DNA from: an uncultured Chitinophagales bacterium
Lineage (GTDB): Bacteria; Bacteroidota; Bacteroidia; Chitinophagales; JADIYW01
Length of the DNA stretch: 64,000 bases
Direction: 5' to 3'
Assembly (NCBI GenBank): GCA_964642875.1
Contig: CAZXRF010000004.1
Span: 7,439 to 71,438, forward strand
Part shown: piece by piece, positions 56,079-64,000 of the stretch
How the letters are laid out: each line of letters starts with the position of its first letter
Numbering within the stretch: position 1 is the stretch's first letter
Notes under the pieces: generated by a model
What the model was told of the DNA's origin: nothing
What the model saw: the letters and a program-made list of their open reading frames with translations, nothing else
The model's database searches: none
Translations under genes and position numbers: made by a program

Positions 56079-57587
56079 ATGTCTGTACGTGTACGTTTTG
56101 CTCCTAGCCCTACTGGTCCGCTGCACATTGGTGGCGTTCGCACGGCTTTATACAATTACTTATTCGCCAAAAAAAATGGCGGCGATTTTATTTTACGCAT
56201 CGAAGATACCGACCAAAACCGATTTGTACAAGGTGCAGAACAATACATAATAGATTCGCTAAAATGGATAGGCATTTGTCCAAATGAGGGCGTAGGATTT
56301 GGTGATGGCAGGCACTACCCTTACCGACAAAGCGAACGCAAGGAATCCTACAGACAATACGCCGAACAATTGATACAAAGTGGAAATGCCTATTATGCCT
56401 TTGATTCCGAAACTGATTTAGAAGCATTAAAAGCTAATCATGCCAACTTTAAATACGATGCCAACACACGAGAACAAGGAAAAAATTCGATTACACTTGC
56501 TCCAGAAGAAGTAAAACAGCGATTAGAAAACGGAGAACATTATGTAATCCGAATAAAACTACCGGCAGATGAGGAAGTAAAATTCTATGATGAAATACGG
56601 GGTTGGGTAACAGTAAATACTGCGCAAATGGACGACAAAGTTTTGCTAAAAAGCGATGGAATGCCCACCTATCATTTAGCAAATGTTTGCGATGATTTTA
56701 TTATGCAAATCACGCATGTAATACGAGGCGAAGAATGGCTGCCAAGTGCACCATTGCATGTTTTATTATATCGATTTTTAGGCTGGGAAAATGCAATGCC
56801 AAAATTTGCACATTTACCATTATTGCTTAAACCTGATGGAAATGGAAAACTCAGCAAACGCGATGGTGACCGCTTAGGATTTCCGGTTTTCCCATTAGAA
56901 TGGAAAGACCCACAAAGCGGAGAAATAAGCAGTGGATATAAGCAACGCGGCTATATGCCCGAAGCTGTTTTAAATATGTTGGCATTTTTGGGGTGGAATC
57001 CGGGAACAGCGCAAGAGCTATTTACTTTAGAGGAATTAGTACAAGCTTTCAGCATAGACCATATACATAAAGCAGGGGCAAAATTTGATTTTGAAAAAGC
57101 AAAATGGTTTAATGCCGAATACATCAAAACAGCAGAGAATGTAAAATTAGCCCAATTGGTAAAAGAGCAAGTAGAAACAAATTTTGGAAAACAAGATGCT
57201 GAATATTTAGAAAAAGCAATTGGGCTTGTAAAAGAACGATTGACATTCTTAAACGATATTTTGAATTTTGGATATTTATTTGAAACCCCTAAAGAATACA
57301 CAGCAGCCTCTTTGGCTAAAATTGCTAGTTTCAAAAATTATGAATTTAATCCAGGAATTTTTGCAACATTTTTACAAGAGGAATGCAACAACTCAGATAC
57401 AGCTGAATTAGAATTAAATATAAAAGATTTTGCCAATAGCAATGAAATAAAAGTGGGTGACTTGATGAAGTATTTGAGAGTAAGCTTGGTGGGAGAATTA
57501 TCCGGCCCTGGCATTCCCGATTTAATTTTATTATTAGGCAAAAAAGAAAGCAGCAAACGAATTGAAAACTGCTTTCTTCAATTGTAA
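56079..57587 (+). CDS. gltX: Glutamate--tRNA ligase
   Basis: RFAPSPTGPLHIGGVRTALYNY (HIGH) and KLSKRDG (KMSKS-like). Confidence 0.95.
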   Translation: MSVRVRFAPSPTGPLHIGGVRTALYNYLFAKKNGGDFILRIEDTDQNRFVQGAEQYIIDSLKWIGICPNEGVGFGDGRHYPYRQSERKESYRQYAEQLIQSGNAYYAFDSETDLEALKANHANFKYDANTREQGKNSITLAPEEVKQRLENGEHYVIRIKLPADEEVKFYDEIRGWVTVNTAQMDDKVLLKSDGMPTYHLANVCDDFIMQITHVIRGEEWLPSAPLHVLLYRFLGWENAMPKFAHLPLLLKPDGNGKLSKRDGDRLGFPVFPLEWKDPQSGEISSGYKQRGYMPEAVLNMLAFLGWNPGTAQELFTLEELVQAFSIDHIHKAGAKFDFEKAKWFNAEYIKTAENVKLAQLVKEQVETNFGKQDAEYLEKAIGLVKERLTFLNDILNFGYLFETPKEYTAASLAKIASFKNYEFNPGIFATFLQEECNNSDTAELELNIKDFANSNEIKVGDLMKYLRVSLVGELSGPGIPDLILLLGKKESSKRIENCFLQL

Positions 57588-57690
57588 AAATCAACCGAAA
57601 GTGCACAAAGATGAACTGCAAAGTCAAGAAAAAATTCTTTGCAAACAATGAAAAAAGATTGTACGCTTTGTAATTATAAAAAACAAAAAA

Positions 57691-59337
57691 ATGGAAGAAA
57701 ATAAAACATTGAATTTTATTGAAGAGATTGTGGAGCAAGATATAAAAGAAGGAAAATACGATTCTATTTTAACGCGTTTTCCGCCGGAGCCGAACGGATA
57801 TTTGCACATGGGACATGCGGCTTCTATTTGTTTAAATTTTGGTGTGGCAAAAAAATTTGGAGGCAAAACCAATCTTCGGTTTGATGACACTAACCCCGTA
57901 ACGGAAGATACCGAATACGTAGAAAGCATACAACAAGATGTACATTGGTTAGGGTTTGAATATGCAAATATTTTTTATGCCAGCGATTACTTTGACCAAT
58001 TGTATGCGTATGCTGTACAACTAATAAAACAAGGAGATGCTTACGTTTGTGATTTAACAGCAGAAGAAATTGCGACACAAAAAGGTACGCCAACTGAAGC
58101 AGGCACCAACAGCCCCTACCGCATTAGAAGTGTGGAAGAAAACTTGGATTTATTTACACGCATGAAAGCTGGCGAATTTAAAGAAGGTGCAAAAACAGTA
58201 CGTGCAAAAATAGACATGACTTCGCCCAATATGCTGATGCGTGACCCCTTACTGTACCGAATAAAATTTGCGCATCACCACCGCACTGGCGACAAATGGT
58301 GCATTTATCCGATGTATGATTTTGCACACGGACAGAGTGATTCTATTGAAAAAATTACGCACTCCATTTGTACGTTAGAATTTATTCCGCATCGCGAAGT
58401 ATATGATTGGTTGATTACCAAATTAGGAATTTATCCGTCTAAGCAATATGAGTTTGCACGGGTAAATATAAACTATACGGTGATGAGCAAACGCAAGCTA
58501 AAACAATTAGTGGAAGAAAACCATGTGGCAGGCTGGGATGACCCACGAATGCCGACTATTTCGGGAATGCGCCGCCGAGGTATTACAGCTGCTGCCATCC
58601 GAAATTTTTGCGAAAAAGCGGGTATTGCAAAACGTGAAAAGGTGAATGAATTTTCATTGTTGGAATTTTGTACCCGCGAAGATTTAAACAAAATTGCACT
58701 TCGGAGAATGGTGGTTTTTAATCCAATAAAAGTAGTAATTACCAACTTGGAAAATGAAATACATTTAGACATCGAAAACAACCCTGAAGATGAAAATAGC
58801 GACTACAGAAAAGTAGCATTTACCAAAGAAATTTTCATAGAAAAAGAAGACTTTGTAGAAATACCACAGAAGAAAATTTTCAAAATGGAAGTTGGACATC
58901 CGATACGTTTAAAAGGCGCGTTTATAGTTACATGCAATGATGTGTTGAAAGATGACAATGGAAACATTACCGAAATCCATTGTACTTACCATCCCAACAG
59001 CCAAAGCGGACAAGATACTTCAGGGATAAAGGTACAAGGAACGCTGCACTGGGTAAGTGCACAATATGCCATTCCTATTGAAATACGCGAGTATGACCGT
59101 CTTTTTAAAGTAGAAAATCCATCGGATGAAGAAGGCGATTTTAAAGACTATATCAACGAAAATAGTTTAGCAATTATCCCAACTGCATTGGCAGAGCCTG
59201 CATTGAAGAATGCTACTGCTAAAGAACATTTCCAGTTTTTGCGCAAGGGGTATTTTTATTTAGATACAGACGCAACTTCCGAACAACTAATTTTCAACAA
59301 AACCGTAGGTTTAAAAGACAGTTGGAACAAGAAATAA
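57691..59337 (+). CDS. glnS: Glutamine--tRNA ligase
   Basis: TRFPPEPNGYLHMGHA (HIGH), VMSKRKL (KMSKS), and a C-terminal anticodon-binding beta-barrel region. Confidence 0.95.
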   Translation: MEENKTLNFIEEIVEQDIKEGKYDSILTRFPPEPNGYLHMGHAASICLNFGVAKKFGGKTNLRFDDTNPVTEDTEYVESIQQDVHWLGFEYANIFYASDYFDQLYAYAVQLIKQGDAYVCDLTAEEIATQKGTPTEAGTNSPYRIRSVEENLDLFTRMKAGEFKEGAKTVRAKIDMTSPNMLMRDPLLYRIKFAHHHRTGDKWCIYPMYDFAHGQSDSIEKITHSICTLEFIPHREVYDWLITKLGIYPSKQYEFARVNINYTVMSKRKLKQLVEENHVAGWDDPRMPTISGMRRRGITAAAIRNFCEKAGIAKREKVNEFSLLEFCTREDLNKIALRRMVVFNPIKVVITNLENEIHLDIENNPEDENSDYRKVAFTKEIFIEKEDFVEIPQKKIFKMEVGHPIRLKGAFIVTCNDVLKDDNGNITEIHCTYHPNSQSGQDTSGIKVQGTLHWVSAQYAIPIEIREYDRLFKVENPSDEEGDFKDYINENSLAIIPTALAEPALKNATAKEHFQFLRKGYFYLDTDATSEQLIFNKTVGLKDSWNKK

Positions 59338-59353
59338 CTGCATACTATGAAAC

Positions 59354-59387
59354 AAAAAAAATCGTACAAATGAGTACGATTTTTTTT
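59354..59387. terminator. Bidirectional terminator between convergent glnS and the 431-aa gene
   Basis: aaaaaaa-atcgtac-aaatga-gtacgat-ttttttt. Confidence 0.7.
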
Positions 59388-59401
59388 AGTAAAAGGGAAT
59401 A

Positions 59402-60697
59402 TTACTTCTCTACTATCGTATAAATTGCATTCATTATTTTTTCTAAAGTAGGCGGATAGTGTACCAAATTTTTCTCGACTTTTGGCGCATAAATGGCTAC
59501 TTTTACTTTATTCTTGCGCTGCCCTGCAGTCAACGTAATTTCTAATGGAACTACCTGTGGAGACTTGCTAAACCTTTGGTTACAGGCTGCATCTTCATCT
59601 GCACAATCATATTCTTTATTAAAATCTAAAAACCCCATATCTACAATGTATTGAGCTAGTTTTGTCAACTCATCTTTAGATATTTTTTTCTCTGTACGTT
59701 GCACGCCTTCATTTTTTGTTTTGTATTCTCGCTGTATAATGCCGGTATGTAAAATTGAAATTCTATCGTATTGTTTAGCATTTCCGTCTGTGAGCGCACC
59801 GCCGCCATTCACGTAAACATCAATAAAATCGGTAGGATTGATAACGACAGGCACTTTTATATTTAGTGCTTTCATAATGCTGTCTAATCGCAATTTATTG
59901 GCTGAATGCAAAGAATCGGCTTCTTTATCATATTGTGCATACGCTTCTTTTGCAAAAGCAGTTTCTTTAGCCATAGTGGTAGTATTTACTTTTCTATTCA
60001 CCGGAATAGCGTCTTCTATTTGCTCTTGTGTTTTAGGGAGCGGCTCATTTATTCTATGATACGAAGCATTATTATTAATTACGGGTGCGGTTTCAAAAGT
60101 AAAATCTTTTAAACGTTTAGTGGTATCAATGGAGAATTTTTTAGTAGGCGTTTCCTTTTCTTTTACTTGCTCCGTTGTTTCCTTCTTTTTTCCTTTAATA
60201 ATAGGTTGCGTAGAAAACTCATCTGTATTTATCTGCTTTTTTATCACAGGTGTTTCCACAGCTTTTGGTGTTTCTTTTTCTTTCGCATTTTTAATAGGTG
60301 TTGTAATCTTTTCTACATTCTTTACAGGTGACTGTTCTTTTACTATTGGTGTTTCCACTTTTATTTTATCCTTAGGTTTTTCTACTTCATTTTTTATTTT
60401 AATGGGTACACTTTTTATTACAGGTTGTGTAGAAAATTTTTCTAAATTGGAAGTATCAATTTTTTTGAAGTTGTAATTTGGGTTAGATATATTTTTTTCT
60501 TTTACGTCAATCTGTTTTATTTTATCTTTTTCTAAGGCATTGAGGTCTTTTGTTACATCTCCAGTTTTGGTTTTGCTTGCTTTTTCCCATAGTTCATCGA
60601 AAGATTGTTTAGTCGATGTGGATTTAGTTGATTGTGCAAACACAAAATTTACAACCACCAACATTAATACAACCAAGAAAAGTCTATTATTTTTCAT
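59402..60697 (-). CDS. Secreted hypothetical protein with K/E/T/P-rich repeats and a Cys-containing C-terminal domain
   Basis: Signal peptide (VNFVFAQ), repeated FSTQP(V/I)IK and ETP(I/V)(V/I)K units, and a C-terminal ~150 aa that looks globular (YDCADEDAACNQRF). No family recognised. Confidence 0.5.
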   Translation of the reverse strand: MKNNRLFLVVLMLVVVNFVFAQSTKSTSTKQSFDELWEKASKTKTGDVTKDLNALEKDKIKQIDVKEKNISNPNYNFKKIDTSNLEKFSTQPVIKSVPIKIKNEVEKPKDKIKVETPIVKEQSPVKNVEKITTPIKNAKEKETPKAVETPVIKKQINTDEFSTQPIIKGKKKETTEQVKEKETPTKKFSIDTTKRLKDFTFETAPVINNNASYHRINEPLPKTQEQIEDAIPVNRKVNTTTMAKETAFAKEAYAQYDKEADSLHSANKLRLDSIMKALNIKVPVVINPTDFIDVYVNGGGALTDGNAKQYDRISILHTGIIQREYKTKNEGVQRTEKKISKDELTKLAQYIVDMGFLDFNKEYDCADEDAACNQRFSKSPQVVPLEITLTAGQRKNKVKVAIYAPKVEKNLVHYPPTLEKIMNAIYTIVEK

Positions 60698-60711
60698 ATC
60701 TACAAATTTAT

Positions 60712-61359
60712 TTAATCTACAACACCTTTGAGCATTGGCACAAAGGTAAAGTTTGAAAATGTTTCTTTCTCAAATTCGTTATTATCTAAGCGTTTTATAC
60801 GTATCATTTTTTGCACTTCGCCTTCGCCAAATGGGATTACCATTACTCCGTTTACTTTCATTTGTTTTAATAATTCTTTCGGGATTTCGGGAGCGGCGGC
60901 AGTAATTAAGATTTTATCAAATGGGGCAAAAGTTGGAAGCCCTTTAAACCCATCTCCATAGAAAGTTTGAACATTGTGATAGCCTAAATGGTCTAATACT
61001 TTTTCAGCTTTTTTACTTAATGGTTGATGTCGTTCGATGGAAAATACTGATGCGCCTATTTCTGCTAATACTGCTGCTTGGTAGCCCGAGCCGGTACCGA
61101 TTTCCAATACTTTATCGCCGGATTGCAGTTCTAACAATTCTGATTGAAAGGCAACCGTATATGGATTTGAAATTGTTTGCCCTCTGCCGATTGGGAAAGG
61201 TTTATTTTCGTAAGCATCATCTTCAAAAAGTGTTTCGATAAAAAAATGGCGTGGTATTTTTTCTATTGCCTTTAGCACCTTTTCATCTTTGATTCCCTCT
61301 CCTTTTAGCTCTATCACTAATCTTTTTCGCAACCCTTGGTGTCTGAACGTATCTTGCAT
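60712..61359 (-). CDS. pcm: Protein-L-isoaspartate O-methyltransferase
   Basis: VLEIGTGSGYQAAVLAE SAM-binding motif. 215 aa. Confidence 0.9.
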   Translation of the reverse strand: MQDTFRHQGLRKRLVIELKGEGIKDEKVLKAIEKIPRHFFIETLFEDDAYENKPFPIGRGQTISNPYTVAFQSELLELQSGDKVLEIGTGSGYQAAVLAEIGASVFSIERHQPLSKKAEKVLDHLGYHNVQTFYGDGFKGLPTFAPFDKILITAAAPEIPKELLKQMKVNGVMVIPFGEGEVQKMIRIKRLDNNEFEKETFSNFTFVPMLKGVVD

Positions 61360-61530
61360 ACTGCAAAAGTAGTGGGTATTTCTGCTTTTATAAAGGAAAA
61401 TCTATCCTTAATTGTTAATAAAAAACGGCTATTCCTTTTCTTGCTCCGCAGCTTCGCACAATGGGCACTGCCTTGTTGGTGTTTTTATTTGCGAAAAATA
61501 CTTTTACCTTTATGTACAATAATTATAAAT

Positions 61531-62931
61531 ATGCAAATCAAATTTGGAACAGATGGCTGGAGGGCTATCATAGCACAAGAATTTACAACAGATAATGTAG
61601 CACGTGTAGCATTCGCAACAGGGCAATGGGTAAAATCAATATCCGAAAAACCGAGCATCACCATCGGGCACGACTGTAGATTTGCAGGGCCGCTTTTTGT
61701 AGAAACCACTATAAAAGTTCTCTGTGCGCAAGGCATAAAAGTATATGCACACAAAGGCATTTGCTCTACTCCTATGGTATCTTTAGGTTGCGTAAAATTA
61801 AATACAACAGCAGGTGTTGTCATCACGGCATCGCACAATCCACCTACGTATAACGGGTTCAAATTAAAATCAAATTTCGGAGGACCTAGCACGCCTGCAG
61901 AAATTGCTGCCGTAGAAGCATTGATACCCGAACATACCAATATTCCAAATACATCTTTAGAAGAATATATGGCGAATGGTTTGTTGGAATATGTGGACTT
62001 AGAAACGCTATATTTTAATCATGTGGAAGCATCTTTTGACATGGATGCCATCCGCAATAGCGGTATGGTATTTGGCTATGATGCCATGTATGGTGCGGGA
62101 CAGAAAATTGTACGCCGCTTATTACCCAATAATTTGGTGTATTTGCATTGCGAAGAAAACCCCGGATTTAATGGGCAAGCTCCGGAGCCATTACACAAAA
62201 ACTTACTGGAGTTCTCGCAACTGATAAAAAATGCTACGGATATAGAATTTGGATTTGCCAACGACGGCGATGCCGACAGAATTGGATGTTATGACAATGA
62301 AGGCAATTTTATAGACTCGCACCACATCATTTTACTGCTAATCCATTACCTACATAAATATAAAGGACTGACGGGGAAAGTAGCCATATCTTTTACCGTT
62401 TCCGATAAGGTAAAAAAAATGTGCGAAGCTTACAATATTCCTTGTGAGATAACGCCTGTTGGGTTTAAATATGTTTGCGAAATAATGATAAACGAAAATG
62501 TACTAGTAGGCGGAGAAGAAAGCGGAGGCATTGCCATTACAGGGCATATTCCGGAGCGCGATGGCGTTTGGATAGCATTGGTGCTGATGGAGTTTATGGC
62601 AAAAAGTAAAAAGACAATTAAAGAATTGATACAAGAAGTATATGATGTGGTGGGCACTTTTGATTATGACAGATATGACTTACATATTTCTGAAGAAGTG
62701 AAACAAAAAGTGATTGCTAATTGTAAAAACGATGCTTACAAAAGTTTTGGAAAATTCTCTATAGAAAGAAAAGAAGATATAGACGGTTGGAAATATTTTC
62801 TATCGGAAGATGCATGGACGATGATACGGGCTTCGGGAACAGAGCCGGTGCTTCGCGTGTACGGGCAAGCGAAAGACAGAGCCGCCGTCATCGAACTATT
62901 AGATACAGTAAAAGCAACCTTGTTAGGATAG
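61531..62931 (+). CDS. Phosphoglucomutase/phosphomannomutase-family protein
   Basis: MQIKFGTDGWRAII start, active-site TASHNPPTYNGFK, metal-binding FANDGDADR, GEESGG loop. The track start at 61336 would overlap pcm and adds non-conserved residues. Confidence 0.85.
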   Translation: MQIKFGTDGWRAIIAQEFTTDNVARVAFATGQWVKSISEKPSITIGHDCRFAGPLFVETTIKVLCAQGIKVYAHKGICSTPMVSLGCVKLNTTAGVVITASHNPPTYNGFKLKSNFGGPSTPAEIAAVEALIPEHTNIPNTSLEEYMANGLLEYVDLETLYFNHVEASFDMDAIRNSGMVFGYDAMYGAGQKIVRRLLPNNLVYLHCEENPGFNGQAPEPLHKNLLEFSQLIKNATDIEFGFANDGDADRIGCYDNEGNFIDSHHIILLLIHYLHKYKGLTGKVAISFTVSDKVKKMCEAYNIPCEITPVGFKYVCEIMINENVLVGGEESGGIAITGHIPERDGVWIALVLMEFMAKSKKTIKELIQEVYDVVGTFDYDRYDLHISEEVKQKVIANCKNDAYKSFGKFSIERKEDIDGWKYFLSEDAWTMIRASGTEPVLRVYGQAKDRAAVIELLDTVKATLLG

Positions 62932-62933
62932 AC

Positions 62934-62962
62934 AAAAGCCGGATAAAAAAATCCGGCTTTTT
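62934..62962 (+). terminator. Rho-independent terminator
   Basis: aaagccgga-taaaaaaa-tccggcttt followed by a T-run. Confidence 0.75.
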
Positions 62963-62999
62963 TATTTTTATTTAGATATATTTAAACTAAAAGTACCCA

Positions 63000-64000
63000 A
63001 TGCTACAACCACGGTACATAGTATTGTTTTATATTTTGTTTACATGCGGCTTTGGTTTCTCACAAACAAAAACCATTGATAGTTTAGTACACCTACTAAA
63101 CTCCACTTCAAATTCTTCTGAAAAAATAGCACGCTATCTTACTCTATTTGAACAACATCAAAGTATAGAAAAAGATAGTTTATTCAAGTATGCTATACGT
63201 GCAAAAACTTTAGCCGTTAACAGCAACAAAAACACACAAACCTTAGTAAACATTGCACTTATTAATGCGTATTACCGATTTGACAAATTTGATAGCGCAT
63301 TGTTATTAACAAACATAGAATTAAAAAAATATAGTGTAAAAGACCAATCGGCGATTTACAAAAGGCTACTGACTTTAAAATGCTATTATTATATGTCTGT
63401 GTCCGACTACAAAGACGCAAATGCTATACTATATGCGATAATTGATTTGGCTGAAAAAGAAAAAGATACCATTACAATAACTGCATGTTTTAATTCTTTA
63501 GGAGAAATAGACTACAATAGAAATTTGGTAAGCAACGCCAAGCAATGGCATTACAAAGCGCTTTCTTTATCAGGAGATAATCCAACATACAATGCACAGA
63601 AAGCAGTTGCCTACATAAACTTAGGAAACATTTACAATTGGATAAAACAATTAGATTCTGCAAAATATTGTGTGGAAAAGGCTATTCCTATTTGCAATAC
63701 AATAGAAAACTTATATTATCTCTGTAATGCATACATGGTATTATCAGGGTATTATAGGCATAGCAATAATTTTGAAGCAGCAGAAAAAATGATGCTGAAA
63801 GCTATGGATATCAGAAAAAAAACTGAAGGCAAAATTGTATTCTCCAATGAGCAATTGGCATTGGGAAATTTATATTACCGCATAAACAAATTCAATAAAG
63901 CTATTGAAGTATTTAAAAGTGGTATTGCGTATGATGATTCCATAAATAATGGAAATTCAAAAATACAGCTAAAGAAATCTAATCTAGTTATTCGGTATTA
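63000..64000 (+). CDS. TPR-like repeat protein, N-terminal part (runs off window end)
   Basis: My hand translation from the ATG at 63000 is open to the window end (MLQPRYIVLFYILFTCGFGFSQTKTIDSLVHLL...). It has a signal-like N-terminus followed by TPR-like helical repeats, as seen at the N-termini of many Bacteroidota sensor/regulator proteins. It is not in the ORF track because no stop is reached. Confidence 0.5.
   Translation, partial: MLQPRYIVLFYILFTCGFGFSQTKTIDSLVHLLNSTSNSSEKIARYLTLFEQHQSIEKDSLFKYAIRAKTLAVNSNKNTQTLVNIALINAYYRFDKFDSALLLTNIELKKYSVKDQSAIYKRLLTLKCYYYMSVSDYKDANAILYAIIDLAEKEKDTITITACFNSLGEIDYNRNLVSNAKQWHYKALSLSGDNPTYNAQKAVAYINLGNIYNWIKQLDSAKYCVEKAIPICNTIENLYYLCNAYMVLSGYYRHSNNFEAAEKMMLKAMDIRKKTEGKIVFSNEQLALGNLYYRINKFNKAIEVFKSGIAYDDSINNGNSKIQLKKSNLVIRY

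Noticed and set aside
56079-59337. Tandem gltX-glnS (two paralogous class I synthetases back to back), with a 7-bp-stem hairpin (57617..57643) between them.
   Set aside because: Both genes look complete and ordinary. The hairpin lacks a T-run, and adjacency alone is not unusual enough to flag.
60120-60476. 118-aa plus-strand ORF with a hydrophobic profile.
   Set aside because: It is antisense to the K/E/T/P repeat region of the 431-aa secreted protein. It is the same mirror effect.
61336-61530. 65-codon N-terminal extension of the phosphoglucomutase-family ORF, overlapping pcm.
   Set aside because: The conserved N-terminus MQIKFGTDGWR begins at 61531, and the extension has no conserved character.
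1-64000. Searched by eye for CRISPR arrays, tRNA/rRNA/tmRNA genes, IS elements, integrases and phage-like blocks.
   Set aside because: There are no regularly spaced direct repeats. Spacers longer than 150 nt (e.g. 28446..28667, 31464..31950, 38808..39049, 40940..41132, 46335..46564) are AT-rich without cloverleaf-like GC stems. No transposase- or integrase-like ORF appears in the track. A tRNA or ncRNA scan program would be needed for certainty.

Overview
Low-GC chromosomal window, most likely from a member of the Bacteroidota. The phylum is inferred from a porP-gldK-gldL-gldM-gldN type IX secretion (T9SS)/gliding locus, a PorQ-like gene, DUF3467 directly after rpoC, and TAnnTTTG -7 promoter boxes close to many start codons. 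I can support about 57 protein-coding genes. Most are housekeeping: radA fragment, tatC, proC, uvrC, hemW, pyrD, rarA, kdsA, queE, pckA, rpsA, rpoC, PBP1A, gltX, glnS, pcm. I saw no rRNA, tRNA, CRISPR array, transposase or integrase. All functional calls come from recognising motifs in the supplied translations and from reading the DNA by eye; no database search or folding program was run. I did not find a clear-cut new multi-gene system. The observations that routine annotation does not explain are: (1) a PIN-toxin cassette lies between two direct copies of the pyrD 5-prime end, which strands the apparent ancestral pyrD promoter about 1 kb upstream; (2) a GxxExxY gene is flanked by inverted copies of a roughly 27-nt CACTAAG-type repeat, between rarA and kdsA; (3) a 316-aa protein has a long polybasic N-terminal half and a poly-Asp tail encoded by a GAY tract; (4) five tightly packed genes encode a degenerate LytM protein, a bactofilin, an AtpZ-like protein, a membrane protein and a TonB-C protein; (5) rpoC has no rpoB upstream; (6) Lys-rich extensions recur on otherwise ordinary proteins (HemD-like, Hsp20).
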